The translations under genes and the position numbers were made by a program. 64,000 nucleotides of DNA from an uncultured Gemmatimonadaceae bacterium (GTDB taxonomy: Bacteria > Gemmatimonadota > Gemmatimonadetes > Gemmatimonadales > Gemmatimonadaceae), in NCBI GenBank assembly GCA_963829055.1, contig CAWHHI010000012.1:288001-352000 (forward strand), read 5' to 3'. Shown piece after piece: positions 30,522 to 40,282 of this stretch (position 1 is its first letter; every line of letters begins with the position of its first letter). The notes below the pieces were generated by a model. The model made no database searches. It saw only the letters and a list, made by a program, of their open reading frames with translations, and had not been told where the DNA came from.

Positions 30522-32591
30522 TCAGCTCGAGAGCTGGCCGGCGACGACCTCGGCGATGTCGTACACGGGAACGTCGGAGCCGACCGACTTCGCGCCATCC
30601 GAGATCATCGTCATGCAGAACGGGCAGGCAACGGCGAGGGCGTCCGCACCAGTCGCGAGTAGCTCCTCGGTACGTTCGACGTTGATCCGCTTCCCTTCTT
30701 TTTCTTCCATCCACATGCGCCCGCCGCCGGCGCCGCAGCACAGGCCACGGCTACGATTACGTGGCGGCTCGGCAATGGTCACGACGGGAAGCGCTCGCTT
30801 GAGCGTCTCGCGCGGCGCGTCGTAGACGTCGTTATAGCGACCGAGGTAGCAGCTGTCGTGGTACGCCACCACGAGCTGCTTGCCGTTGTCCGTGCGGAGC
30901 GGCACCAGCTCCTGCTGCAGCAGTCGCTCGATGTAGGTCGAGTGGTGGATGACCTCGTAGTTGCCACCGAGCTGCGGGTACTCGTTGCCCATCTGGTGGA
31001 AGCAGTGTGGGCACGTCGTGACGATCGTCGTGACCTGGTAGCGATCCAGTGTCTCGATGGTCTGCCGCGCGAGCATCTGATACAGGTACTCGTTACCCAT
31101 CCGTCGCGCGGGATCACCGTTGCACGACTCTTCCTGACCGAGGATCGCGAAGCGGATGTTCGCCGCGTTGAGGATGCGCGCGAACGCGACGGCAATCTTC
31201 TTCGCGCGATCGTCGAACGATCCCATGCAGCCCACCCAGAACAGGACGTCGGGACGCTCGCCGCGCTCCGCGAACTCGGCCATCGTCGTCACCCCGAGGC
31301 CGTCGGCCCAGCGTCCACGGTCCGCGGGTTGGAACTTCCATGGCGCGCCATTCCGCTCGAGCGCTTCGAAGGCGGGCTGTATCTCCTCGGGAAATCGGGA
31401 TTCCGTGAGAACGAGATTGCGACGTAGCTGGTTGATGACATCGAGCTGATCGATCGAGACGGGACATTCCGTAACGCACGCGCGGCACGACGTACACGCC
31501 CACAGCTCGTCTTCCGTGATGTAGTTATCCAGAAGTCGATTCGACGTGAGCTCGCTGAGCGTCGTTGCTCCAGCGTCGGCACCTTCGCCGGCGGCGAGCG
31601 CAGGGGCGACCACTTCCGAGCGATCGCCGACGAGCAGCGGCGCAAGCTCCAACGTCCGCTGGCGAACGTTCACCACGATCTTGCGTGGGCTCAGCGGCTT
31701 GCCGGTAATGTTCGCGGGGCACGCCGCCGTGCAGCGGCCGCACTCGGTGCACGAGTACCCGTCGAGCAGATTCTTCCACGTCAGATCCTTCACGTCCGAC
31801 GCGCCGAACTGCTCGACCTCCGCCTCGAGGTCCATGGGGCGCATCACGCCGACCTGGCCAGGGCCGCTCGTGTTCGAGAAGTACGTGTTAGGCAGCGACG
31901 TGATGACGTGCAGGTGCTTCGAGTACGGCAGATAGTTCAGGAACACGAGCAGAAGCACGGCATGCATCCACCAGCTCACGCGAGCGATCGGCGATGCGAT
32001 GTCGACCGGCACGCCGGCGAAGATCGCCGAGAGCACACCGGAGATCGGCTGGAACGCTACCGAGTGCCGAACCTCGACGACGCGCTCGAAGGTCGCGGTC
32101 ACGAGCAGGGTGACCATGAGCGCCGCGATCATCGACAGAATGAACACGGCGTCACCGGAGTGCACCTTGTCTCCCTGAAGGCGCTTCGGCTTGATGACGA
32201 GGCGTCGATAGAGCAGCACGGCGACGGCGGCGAGCACGAGCCCGGCGAACAACTCCTGCGAGAGCAGGAAGAGATTGTAGAGCGGCGCGGGCAGGATGCG
32301 CTCGAACCCAAACGCGGGGAACACGCCGCGCGCGAGGATCTCGGCCGAGCCGAGCGTGAGAACGACGAAGCCCCAGAACACCGACGCGTGGAGCGCGCCG
32401 GCGAACGGATCACGGAGGATCTTGGACTGCCCGATCCCGATGACGAGGACGTTGCGAAGCCGCGTCCAGGGATGGTCGACTCGATTCTCGTCGAGTCCGG
32501 TGCGGAGGTATTGCGTGAGTCGTTGCGCGTTGAACGAGAAGAATCCGAGCGCGCCGACGAGAACGAACAGGAAGACGACGTTCTGGGTCAT
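30522..32591 (-). CDS. Membrane-bound Fe-S oxidoreductase (FadF/HdrD-like)
   Basis: N-terminal TMs; CTECGRC...CP, CTSCRAC...CP; CCG domains (YHDSCYLGR, CCGAGGG, ACPFC). Confidence 0.92.
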   Translation of the reverse strand: MTQNVVFLFVLVGALGFFSFNAQRLTQYLRTGLDENRVDHPWTRLRNVLVIGIGQSKILRDPFAGALHASVFWGFVVLTLGSAEILARGVFPAFGFERILPAPLYNLFLLSQELFAGLVLAAVAVLLYRRLVIKPKRLQGDKVHSGDAVFILSMIAALMVTLLVTATFERVVEVRHSVAFQPISGVLSAIFAGVPVDIASPIARVSWWMHAVLLLVFLNYLPYSKHLHVITSLPNTYFSNTSGPGQVGVMRPMDLEAEVEQFGASDVKDLTWKNLLDGYSCTECGRCTAACPANITGKPLSPRKIVVNVRQRTLELAPLLVGDRSEVVAPALAAGEGADAGATTLSELTSNRLLDNYITEDELWACTSCRACVTECPVSIDQLDVINQLRRNLVLTESRFPEEIQPAFEALERNGAPWKFQPADRGRWADGLGVTTMAEFAERGERPDVLFWVGCMGSFDDRAKKIAVAFARILNAANIRFAILGQEESCNGDPARRMGNEYLYQMLARQTIETLDRYQVTTIVTTCPHCFHQMGNEYPQLGGNYEVIHHSTYIERLLQQELVPLRTDNGKQLVVAYHDSCYLGRYNDVYDAPRETLKRALPVVTIAEPPRNRSRGLCCGAGGGRMWMEEKEGKRINVERTEELLATGADALAVACPFCMTMISDGAKSVGSDVPVYDIAEVVAGQLSS

Positions 32592-32606
32592 GGGCAGAAC
32601 GTAATC

Positions 32607-32765
32607 GGGACTGGGGACTGGGGACTAGGGACTGGGGAACTGCGGCTGGTAGCTGGTCGCTCGTGCTGGTCGCTGGTCGAAACGCAAGAACCCTCGGGAC
32701 GGCACGCTCTGCGAGCGCTGCATCCCGAGGGTTTCCCAGTCCCCAGTCCCTAGTCCCCAGTCCCC
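32607..32765. repeat. Inverted GGGGACT heptamer arrays enclosing a terminator-like hairpin
   Basis: GGGACTGGGGACTGGGGACTAGGGACTGGGG ... AACCCTCGGGA...TCCCGAGGGTT ... CCCAGTCCCCAGTCCCTAGTCCCCAGTCCCC. Confidence 0.8.
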
Positions 32766-32767
32766 GC

Positions 32768-33407
32768 TTAGAAGCCGATCTTGAAGCCCGCAGTCAGGCC
32801 CCAGTTGTGGGCCTTGGTGTCCTTCAGCTCTACGTTGCCGAAATCCGACCAGTCGAGCGACGTCACGTAGTCCTTCGCCATCACGCGAATGCCAAGCTTG
32901 CCAAGTTGCCAGTCGACGCCGGCGCCGTAGTTGAACGCGGCGTTCGTGGAGCTGTTCGACGCGATGTCGTTGTTATCGCTCGAGTAGCGGATCGCACCTG
33001 CACCAGCCTGCACGAATGGCGAGATGCCGTTCGTCGCATTCGCCTTGAGTGGAAGACGAAGCTGCAGGTCGCCGTCGTACAGCCACACGCCGACGTCGTT
33101 CGAGGTTCAGGTCCTGGCCGTTCCCGAAGTAATTCTCGAACGTGAACTTCGAGCTCGAGTAGCCGAAGTTGCCGACGAGTGAGACGAAGCGGCCGAGATC
33201 GAGCTGTGCCTGTGCGCCGTACAGCGCGCCGTTCTCATTCGAGAACTCGACGTTGTTTCCCGACTCGAAGTAGTCGCCGAAGTTCATGTAGCCGACGTAC
33301 GGCGCAATGCTGAAGATCGCCGGCTTGTTCGAGAACGTGGACTGCTGCGCAGCCACCGGTGCCGCCACGGCTCCAAGTGCGAGTACTCCAACGACAAGAC
33401 GTTTCAT
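32768..33407 (-). CDS. Outer-membrane beta-barrel protein, frameshifted near 33100
   Basis: Signal peptide MKRLVVGVLALGAVAAPVAA; PFVQAGAGA, FNYGAGVDW, terminal GFKIGF, split over two frames. Confidence 0.75.
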
Positions 33408-33597
33408 ATGGCCCTCTCCCTACTTCATGGTTGAGATCGATGCGCCGCAACCGCGGCTGCATAACGAGTGACCATGACTAATACAAGCAACGTGCCGCCA
33501 ATCAGAGGAATGATTGACGGCACGTTAGGAACATCTTTACACGTCCGGTGTAGTCTCGCGACTTCGCGGCGCTAGCAGCGCGTCAGAACGCCCGGGG

Positions 33598-34587
33598 TCA
33601 GTGCGAAGCTTTTGCGTCCTTCACCGCGGCCGTGAGGGCAGGCACGATCTCCAGCACGTCTCCGACAATGCCGTAGTCCGCGATCTTGAAAATCGGTGCC
33701 TCACGATCCTTGTTGATCGCGACAATGGTTTTCGACGTGCGCATTCCGGCGAGATGCTGAATCGCTCCGGAAATGCCGACGGCGACATACAGATTCGGAC
33801 TCACCTGCCGGCCCGTCTGTCCAATCTGATCGCTGTGCGGACGCCACCCATCGTCGGTGACCGCGCGCGTCGCGCCGACCGCCGCGTTGCCGAACGCCGC
33901 CGCGAGATCCTCGACCAGCTTGAAGTTCTCCGCAGCGCGAAGACCACGTCCACCACTGACGATGATCGGCGCGTCGCCGAGATCGAGCTTCGACGTGTTG
34001 CCCGCGAGCGTCTCGGTGACTTTGACCTTCGACGCCGAAGGATCGCCGCTCGGCGTCGCGGTCTCGACACGTGGCGTTCGCGCTGCGTCGGCAACGGTCA
34101 CCGCACCGGGCCGCATGGAGATGACGGCCGGTGTTGCCGAGAGTGTGACGGTGGCGATCACCTTGCCGGTGTTCACCGGGTGTGTGCCGACGACCTTGTC
34201 GCCGGTGAGCGAGACCGTGATCAGGTCCGACGCCAGCGGCACGCCGAGCTTCGCCGCGACGCGAGGCGCGAGGTCCCTGCCCTGCGCGGACGCCACGAAC
34301 GTCACCGCGCGATAGCCGCCACTCTTCACGCGCTCGGCGATGAATGTCGCCAGCGCTTCGGGATTGTAGTTGGTGAGCGCTGGATGCTCGAGCGCGATCA
34401 CGACGTCAGCCCCTGCACCGCCTAACGCGCCAGCCTTGCCTGCAATCCCCGCGGCGCCAGCAACCACCGCGTGGACTTCCCCGCCGGCGGCGTCGGCGAG
34501 CGCACGCGCCACGCTCACCGCCTCGTAGGCGATTTTCCGGATCTCACCACCGCGCGTTTCCGCGAACGCGAGAACAGAGGTAGCCAT
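33598..34587 (-). CDS. etfA: Electron transfer flavoprotein alpha subunit
   Basis: VSGGRG, QIGQTG, GISGAIQHLAGM, INKD. Confidence 0.96.
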   Translation of the reverse strand: MATSVLAFAETRGGEIRKIAYEAVSVARALADAAGGEVHAVVAGAAGIAGKAGALGGAGADVVIALEHPALTNYNPEALATFIAERVKSGGYRAVTFVASAQGRDLAPRVAAKLGVPLASDLITVSLTGDKVVGTHPVNTGKVIATVTLSATPAVISMRPGAVTVADAARTPRVETATPSGDPSASKVKVTETLAGNTSKLDLGDAPIIVSGGRGLRAAENFKLVEDLAAAFGNAAVGATRAVTDDGWRPHSDQIGQTGRQVSPNLYVAVGISGAIQHLAGMRTSKTIVAINKDREAPIFKIADYGIVGDVLEIVPALTAAVKDAKASH

Positions 34588-35339
34588 CAGAGTACTTTCG
34601 CCTCGGTCTGTAGCAGTCGGACCAGCTCGGGTACCGCGGCGACTCCCTCGCCGATGATCCGCCCAGCGGGCCGCTCAGGAGGTAGCGCCATGGTCGTGAC
34701 GGTCATGCGAACGTCGCCGACCTGTGCGGGCTTCACTTCGAGCGGCTTCTTCTTCGCCGCCATGATGCCCTTGAGCGACGGGTACCGTGGACGGGCGACG
34801 CCTTCGTCGATCGTGACCACGGCCGGCAGTGGGAACTCCAGCATCTCCGCCGCACCTTCGAGCTCGCGACGCGCCGTTCCCTTGCCGCCGGCCACGTCCA
34901 GCTTCGACGCGGCAGCCACGCACGGAAGGTTCAACAACTCCGCCGTCATCGGCCCGACCGCCCCATTCGACGAGTCGATGGACATCTTGCCGAACAGGAT
35001 CAGGTCGTATCCGCCTCCCTGCAACTCGGCCGCGAGCGCTCGGGCGATCGCAAAGTTGTCGAAGGGAATGCTGTCGACCTTCAGGTGAACGGCTCGCGCG
35101 GCGCCCATGCTCAGCGCCTTGCGGAGGGTCTCCTGCGCGGCGTCGGGCCCAAGGCTCAGGACGACGACCTCGCCGGTGCCAAGTTTTTCGGTCATCTGAA
35201 GCGCCGCTTCGACGGCATAGCCGTCGAAGTCGCTGATGTCCCACTTGAGCCCGGTTTCGTCGACGCCGGTGCCGCTCGACGCAATCTTGAAGCGCACGTC
35301 CATTTCGGGCACGCGCTTGATACAGACGGCAATCTTCAC
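34587..35339 (-). CDS. etfB: Electron transfer flavoprotein beta subunit
   Basis: CIKRVP, ALSMGA, PRYPSLKGIMAAKKK. Confidence 0.96.
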   Translation of the reverse strand: MKIAVCIKRVPEMDVRFKIASSGTGVDETGLKWDISDFDGYAVEAALQMTEKLGTGEVVVLSLGPDAAQETLRKALSMGAARAVHLKVDSIPFDNFAIARALAAELQGGGYDLILFGKMSIDSSNGAVGPMTAELLNLPCVAAASKLDVAGGKGTARRELEGAAEMLEFPLPAVVTIDEGVARPRYPSLKGIMAAKKKPLEVKPAQVGDVRMTVTTMALPPERPAGRIIGEGVAAVPELVRLLQTEAKVL

Positions 35340-35418
35340 CGTCGAACCTCGCTTGTGAAGGATTTCACAAGAAAAGGTAGGCGGACCACCCGACGGCGTC
35401 CAGCGCCATATCGGTGCT

Positions 35419-35782
35419 TCACGGAGCGGTGATGTCCGGCGTGCCGCCGATGCCCGCCACGAGAGACCCGAACGTGTGTGAGCGGGGGCCGGTCGTGTAT
35501 TCCTGGCTGCGCTTGGTGACAGCGTACGCGAAGACCAGCGGCCCCAGGCGAACCCCCGCGGATCCGTGCGATCCGGCCCAGCGAGCTCCGCGATCGGGTC
35601 GCCCAGGGGTGCGACATGTTGATTCCCATGCGCAGGTCCGCGCCGGCCTCAGCGTTCGTGAGCACGTTGCCTAACGAGGCCCGCGCCGACGATCGCGTCG
35701 ATGATCGCACGCCGCGGACGGTGCCCGAGAAGAGCAACCACGCTGCCGTGCATCGACGATGACCGCCAGGTTCAGAAGCCAT
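35419..35782 (-). pseudogene. Truncated, frameshifted remnant of an LpxR-family paralogue
   Basis: SLGNVLTNAEAGADLRMGINMSHPW and AVTKRSQEYTTGPRSHTFGSL match SLGNILTEGETGFQSRVGVNLSNPW and AVTRSREYGTGPSGHAYSTL of the adjacent gene. Confidence 0.7.
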
Positions 35783-35851
35783 GCCTTTACGACCGGGCCA
35801 TGAACGGTCGTGTCCGGAATCGACGCGATGCCCTACCCTGTGCCGAGCCGC

Positions 35852-36946
35852 TCAATGAGCGCGCGCAGGAACCTCGTAGCTCACGAACAGTGTGCTATAC
35901 GCGTGTCCTGACGGCCCCGTGCCGTACTCTCGGCTGCGCGTGACCGCGCGCCATTCCGCGACGAGGCCGCGCACGCGCCCGCCAATACCCACGGAGTACT
36001 CGCCAACAAACGGCGTGCGGTCAACCCGTCGCGCGGCGCCGACCGTGTTCCCATCCAGCGTGATGTTGCGCGCGACGGCTTCGACGCGCGCGCCGCCATG
36101 GAGGTAGATCTCGAAGGGCGCGCGGGAACGCCAGCCGCTGGTCCACCACGGATTCGAGAGATTCACGCCGACCCGCGATTGAAAGCCGGTCTCGCCCTCG
36201 GTGAGAATGTTGCCCAGCGACACGCCGATGTGCGGAACGAAGTCGGCAATGGCGTTGCCGGACGCGGTCCGCGCCGTAAAGCGGTGCGTATTTCTCGCCG
36301 TGAGCACGACACCGGGTTCGAAGCCAATCTGAGTGTCCCACCCGACGGGCTCGCGCGAGTACACGCCGGTCAATTTGTGCGCGGTGCGCTGCGCGAACTC
36401 GCCGAACGCCGGCCGCCCGGTGACACCAAGCTCCAGGCCTACGGTGCGGAGCGATCGCTCGGACGCGATGCGCGCCTCCGCGCCGGCGTACAACCATGCG
36501 GCGTACGGGCGTTCGTTCTGCCAGTCGGGGACGACCCCCGGTTCGTGACCCGGCTTCGGCGTGTACATGTCCTGACCGATCGACAGCGCCGTCGTTAGGC
36601 AGCGCATGTCAGGCGTCTCGGCGCCGTCGCACGGTGAGCGGCGCTTCGCGAAGCGCTTGCCCCACCACGGGGCGCCGGCGATCTCGATCACGACCTGATC
36701 GCCGTTCGTGTATTCCTTGTCGGGGCGGTCCGTGATGGAGCGCCAGAAGTTGAACGCGTCGTTGTCCGCACGCACGCTCATGCGCCACGGCCGCTGCACG
36801 CCCGCACGCTGCGTTGGCAACGAGGCGGTGGGCTGCTGCGCGCTGGCCTGGGACGTCGGCGGCGCAAGCAGTGTCGCCACCACCGTCGAAGCCAGCACGC
36901 CAGCGACCTTCATCGCCCGCGCAAGCCGCACGCGGACAGGAGACAT
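35852..36946 (-). CDS. Lipid A 3'-O-deacylase LpxR family (DUF2219) outer-membrane protein
   Basis: DND, DKEYTNG, GQDMYTP, RPYAAWLY, GWDTQI, NITLDGN motifs; signal peptide. Confidence 0.85.
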   Translation of the reverse strand: MSPVRVRLARAMKVAGVLASTVVATLLAPPTSQASAQQPTASLPTQRAGVQRPWRMSVRADNDAFNFWRSITDRPDKEYTNGDQVVIEIAGAPWWGKRFAKRRSPCDGAETPDMRCLTTALSIGQDMYTPKPGHEPGVVPDWQNERPYAAWLYAGAEARIASERSLRTVGLELGVTGRPAFGEFAQRTAHKLTGVYSREPVGWDTQIGFEPGVVLTARNTHRFTARTASGNAIADFVPHIGVSLGNILTEGETGFQSRVGVNLSNPWWTSGWRSRAPFEIYLHGGARVEAVARNITLDGNTVGAARRVDRTPFVGEYSVGIGGRVRGLVAEWRAVTRSREYGTGPSGHAYSTLFVSYEVPARAH

Positions 36947-37008
36947 CAGCAGACGCGATTCGGCGCGAGCGTCGACATCCAACGCGACGAGCGAGTCGTG
37001 CCCGTTCG

Positions 37009-38190
37009 TCAGTTGAACGCGTTGATGCCCGTCACCGCCTGACCGAGGATCAGCGTGTGTACGTCGTGCGTCCCCTCGTACGTGTACACGCTCTCGAGAT
37101 TCGCCATGTGACGCATCGACGCGTACTCGGCCAGAATGCCATTCGCGCCCAGTAGCCGTCGCGCCTCGCGCGCGATGTCCGTCGCCATGTTGACGTTGTT
37201 CCGCTTCGCGAGTGACACCTGCTGCGGCGTCATCGTGCCGCGGTCCTTGAGGCGGCCCAGGTGGAGCGACACGAGCTGCGCCTTCACGATCTCCGTGACC
37301 ATGTCGGCGAGGCGCGCTTGCTGGATCTGGAACCCGGCGAGCGGTTTGTCGAACATCACGCGGTTCCGCGCGTACGAGAGCGACTCCTCGTAACACGCCA
37401 TCGCGGCGCCGATCGCTCCCCACGAGATGCCATACCGTGCCTGCGTGAGGCACATGAGGGGGCTCTTGAGGCCGCCCGACTTCGGGAGGATCGCATCGGC
37501 GGGAACGCATACGTCCTGAAAGACGAGCTCACTGGTGTCCGAGGCACGGAGTGACAGCTTGCCCTTCTGATCCTTGGCCGTGAACCCGGGCGTGTTCGTC
37601 GGGATGACGAAGCCGCGGATGGACTTGTCGGACTTGTCGTCGTTCGTCTTCGCCCAGACGACGGCGACCTGCGCCTGGGATCCGTTGGTGATCCACATCT
37701 TGCCGCCATTGATGATCCACGTCCCATCGCTCTGCTCGCGGGCCATGGTGATCATGCCGGACGGGTTGGATCCGTAGTCCGGTTCCGTGAGGCCGAAGCA
37801 TCCGATCACTTCACCCTTCGCCATCGCGGGCAGCAGGCGGCGCTTCTGCTCCTCGCTGCCGAACGCATAGATCGGGTACATCACGAGCGCGCCCTGGACT
37901 GACGCGAACGACCGGATGCCGGAGTCGCCGCGCTCGAGCTCCTGCATGATGAGCCCGTACGAGACGTTATTGAGCCCCGCGCAGCCGTATTCCTCGGGCA
38001 GATTGGCGCCGAGGACGCCGAGCGCGGCCATCTCGGGAATGAGCTCTTTCGGGAACCGACCGTCGACGTAGCACTTGCCGATGATCGGGAGGACGCGTTC
38101 GTCGACGAACTGTCGGACGCTGTCGCGGACGGCGCGCTCCTCTTCGGCGAGCACGGTGTCGATATCGTAGAAATCGATTGGAGATGGCAT
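37009..38190 (-). CDS. Acyl-CoA dehydrogenase, glutaryl-CoA dehydrogenase-like
   Basis: CFGLTEPDYGSNP, KMWITNG, LGANGI, TYEGTHDVH. Confidence 0.92.
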   Translation of the reverse strand: MPSPIDFYDIDTVLAEEERAVRDSVRQFVDERVLPIIGKCYVDGRFPKELIPEMAALGVLGANLPEEYGCAGLNNVSYGLIMQELERGDSGIRSFASVQGALVMYPIYAFGSEEQKRRLLPAMAKGEVIGCFGLTEPDYGSNPSGMITMAREQSDGTWIINGGKMWITNGSQAQVAVVWAKTNDDKSDKSIRGFVIPTNTPGFTAKDQKGKLSLRASDTSELVFQDVCVPADAILPKSGGLKSPLMCLTQARYGISWGAIGAAMACYEESLSYARNRVMFDKPLAGFQIQQARLADMVTEIVKAQLVSLHLGRLKDRGTMTPQQVSLAKRNNVNMATDIAREARRLLGANGILAEYASMRHMANLESVYTYEGTHDVHTLILGQAVTGINAFN

Positions 38191-38234
38191 AGGCGGGAAA
38201 ACTTAACGAGCGGAGTCCGATCGGGCATTACAGA

Positions 38235-38654
38235 TCATCGCGCGGGGGCCGGTGGGAACTGCGATTCGGCGGATGTGCTACTGGGACCGACCGGATCCGG
38301 CTTTGCATTCAGGCATTATCGTGCCGGGCCGGTGGGAACTACGATTTTGCGGATGACACGGAAAACGGCCGGATACGGCTTTGCATCGACGCTGGCTCTC
38401 GCCGGACCTTGATTGAATGAATGGGAACAGCCGCTCGGGAGACTCCTGCGTCCCGAGCGGCCGTTCCCAAGAGATCCGGCTCGTTGCGTGAGGAGCCGGA
38501 TCTACCGAGCGGCATCCTGCTTCTTCCGCGTCATCCGCGGAATCGCCGTTCCCACCGGCCGCGGGCGCAACGATGCCTGAATGCAGAGCCGTATCCGGTA
38601 GTCTCGCAGTACAGATCCGCCAAATCGTAGTTCCCACCGGGCCCGGCGCGATGA
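38235..38654. repeat. About 420-bp imperfect palindromic element with tandem ~80-bp units in each arm
   Basis: GGCCGGTGGGAACTRCGATTYKGCGGAT at ~38247 and ~38327; reverse complements at ~38533 and ~38615; two internal hairpins. Confidence 0.8.
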
Positions 38655-38672
38655 ACTGGACCGACGATCGTG

Positions 38673-39455
38673 TCACTCCTCGCGCGCGGCCTTGAGCGAC
38701 AGGTGCTGCGCCGCCGCGGGGGCGTTCTTCTCGCGCGGCAGATCGCGGCGCGAACGCACCGGTGTAACGGTTCGGCGCGCGGAGGGGGCGACGCCGACTT
38801 CGCGCGCTTTCGCACGGAACACGCGGCCGTGATCGATCGGGTGGCCGGTCTCGTCCTGCCACTGGTGCACCATCTCGTGCAGCAGCGTGTGCAGGGCCTC
38901 CTCCCACCCGTGACGGCGGATGTGTCGGCGACTCACGACGATCTCGGACGGCTCGCCCGAAGCGGACGCCGACATGTAGTGACCGAGTCGCGCGCGCATG
39001 CGGCGGGAGACGCGCACCGTAATGGCCTTGAGCGCGCCATCGAAGTGGCGATCGTTGTACCGGCGATGCCACTGCGTCAGACGCTTCGTGAGCGGCGCGT
39101 CATCGGGGTGCGCCGCGTCTGGCCTCCGAATTCTCGGCGACCGCGCGATGGGATGCGCGAGGATGCGACGCCGCGCGAGTCGCCGTGCCGCCGGCGTGCG
39201 TCCGTTCACGAACATCACGATCGACGCGAGCACCTCGTTCGGCGCCGTGAGGTACCCCTGATGCACGCGCAGCTCGCGCCCGCGATAGCTCACCATGACC
39301 GCGCGATTCCGCGTCAGGCGGCAGCGGTCGATGTCGGTGAGTCCCATCCCCTTGAGCCGCACGAGCAGCTCGGACGCCGTCCGCGGCGCCGTGTCGAACG
39401 CGAGCTGCAGTTGGTCCTGCGACCGTGCAAACAACTTGCCTAACGATCGAAGCAC
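38673..39455 (-). CDS. SprT-like zinc metalloprotease
   Basis: TLLHEMVHQW...HGRVF; NDRHFDG; start uncertain. Confidence 0.85.
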   Translation of the reverse strand: MLRSLGKLFARSQDQLQLAFDTAPRTASELLVRLKGMGLTDIDRCRLTRNRAVMVSYRGRELRVHQGYLTAPNEVLASIVMFVNGRTPAARRLARRRILAHPIARSPRIRRPDAAHPDDAPLTKRLTQWHRRYNDRHFDGALKAITVRVSRRMRARLGHYMSASASGEPSEIVVSRRHIRRHGWEEALHTLLHEMVHQWQDETGHPIDHGRVFRAKAREVGVAPSARRTVTPVRSRRDLPREKNAPAAAQHLSLKAAREE

Positions 39456-40282
39456 CGTGAGGGTCCTGGTGTGAAAGTCCGCTCGGCCGCCGACCACACG
39501 AGCGTCGCGACCTCAATCGTCTGTTCTCGAATCGTAATGACGTTTGCCGACGACGGGCGGCCACCTCGCGATCTGCTGGAGACGGTACCGGCCGTAGAAA
39601 TCACCGTGCCCTTCTGTGTGTGCTCGATGAAGTGGACCGCTTCCTGATGGTCGTGTCCACAGAGCACGAGGTCCACACCCATCTGCGCGAAGGCACCGAG
39701 CACCTTGCGCGTATCCTTGAGTCCGTGTCGACCGGAGAGCTCTCCCTTCACCGGGTTGTGATGCATCACGATGACACGCGCCGCGTCGGCTGGTGAGCCT
39801 TCGAACTCCTCGCGCGCGCGATCGATCTGCGAGCGCTTGAGCGCGCCGATGATCGAGATGTCCCGCACGCGCCACGTGAGTGTATGGCGAGTGACTCCCT
39901 GTGCAGTATTGAGGCCCACGAACGTCGCGCCGGGCACGCGCAGCACCGGCTCGAGATCTTCGGAGATGTATTGCCGATAGTTCTCGTACGGTCGGTCCTT
40001 GTCACCGATGCCGAGTGGGGCTTTCCACCACACGACGTCGTGGTTGCCGGGGATGACGATGGTCTTGCTCACGCGGTTCGCGTCGCGGATGAACGCCTGC
40101 GCGGCCACGAACTCGCCGGGGTGAGCACGCTGTGAGAGATCGCCCGAGATCGCCACGACGTCGAAGCGACGCTCCTGCACGATCGTCTCGATCGCGGCGA
40201 TCTGCTCCGGGATCGTCGGGCGCCCGAAATGCAGATCAGACACGTGAAACACCGTCAGCATTGTGCCACCTGCAGCTGTCAC
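39440..40282 (-). CDS. Metallophosphoesterase (CpdA/Icc-like)
   Basis: SDLH, GDL, GNHD, HH, GHDH motifs. Confidence 0.9.
   Translation of the reverse strand: MTAAGGTMLTVFHVSDLHFGRPTIPEQIAAIETIVQERRFDVVAISGDLSQRAHPGEFVAAQAFIRDANRVSKTIVIPGNHDVVWWKAPLGIGDKDRPYENYRQYISEDLEPVLRVPGATFVGLNTAQGVTRHTLTWRVRDISIIGALKRSQIDRAREEFEGSPADAARVIVMHHNPVKGELSGRHGLKDTRKVLGAFAQMGVDLVLCGHDHQEAVHFIEHTQKGTVISTAGTVSSRSRGGRPSSANVITIREQTIEVATLVWSAAERTFTPGPSRCFDR

Noticed and set aside
33481..33503. Sigma-54-like promoter upstream of the beta-barrel gene (minus strand GGCACGTTGCTTGT)
   Set aside because: The -12 element is GT instead of GC; too weak to call
36947..37510. N-terminal extension of the 552-aa ORF 35852-37510
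   Set aside because: Overlaps the acyl-CoA dehydrogenase in another frame; the LpxR signal peptide begins near 36946-36913
38235..38654. CRISPR array
   Set aside because: Units are degenerate, inverted relative to each other and lack unique spacers; no cas genes in the window
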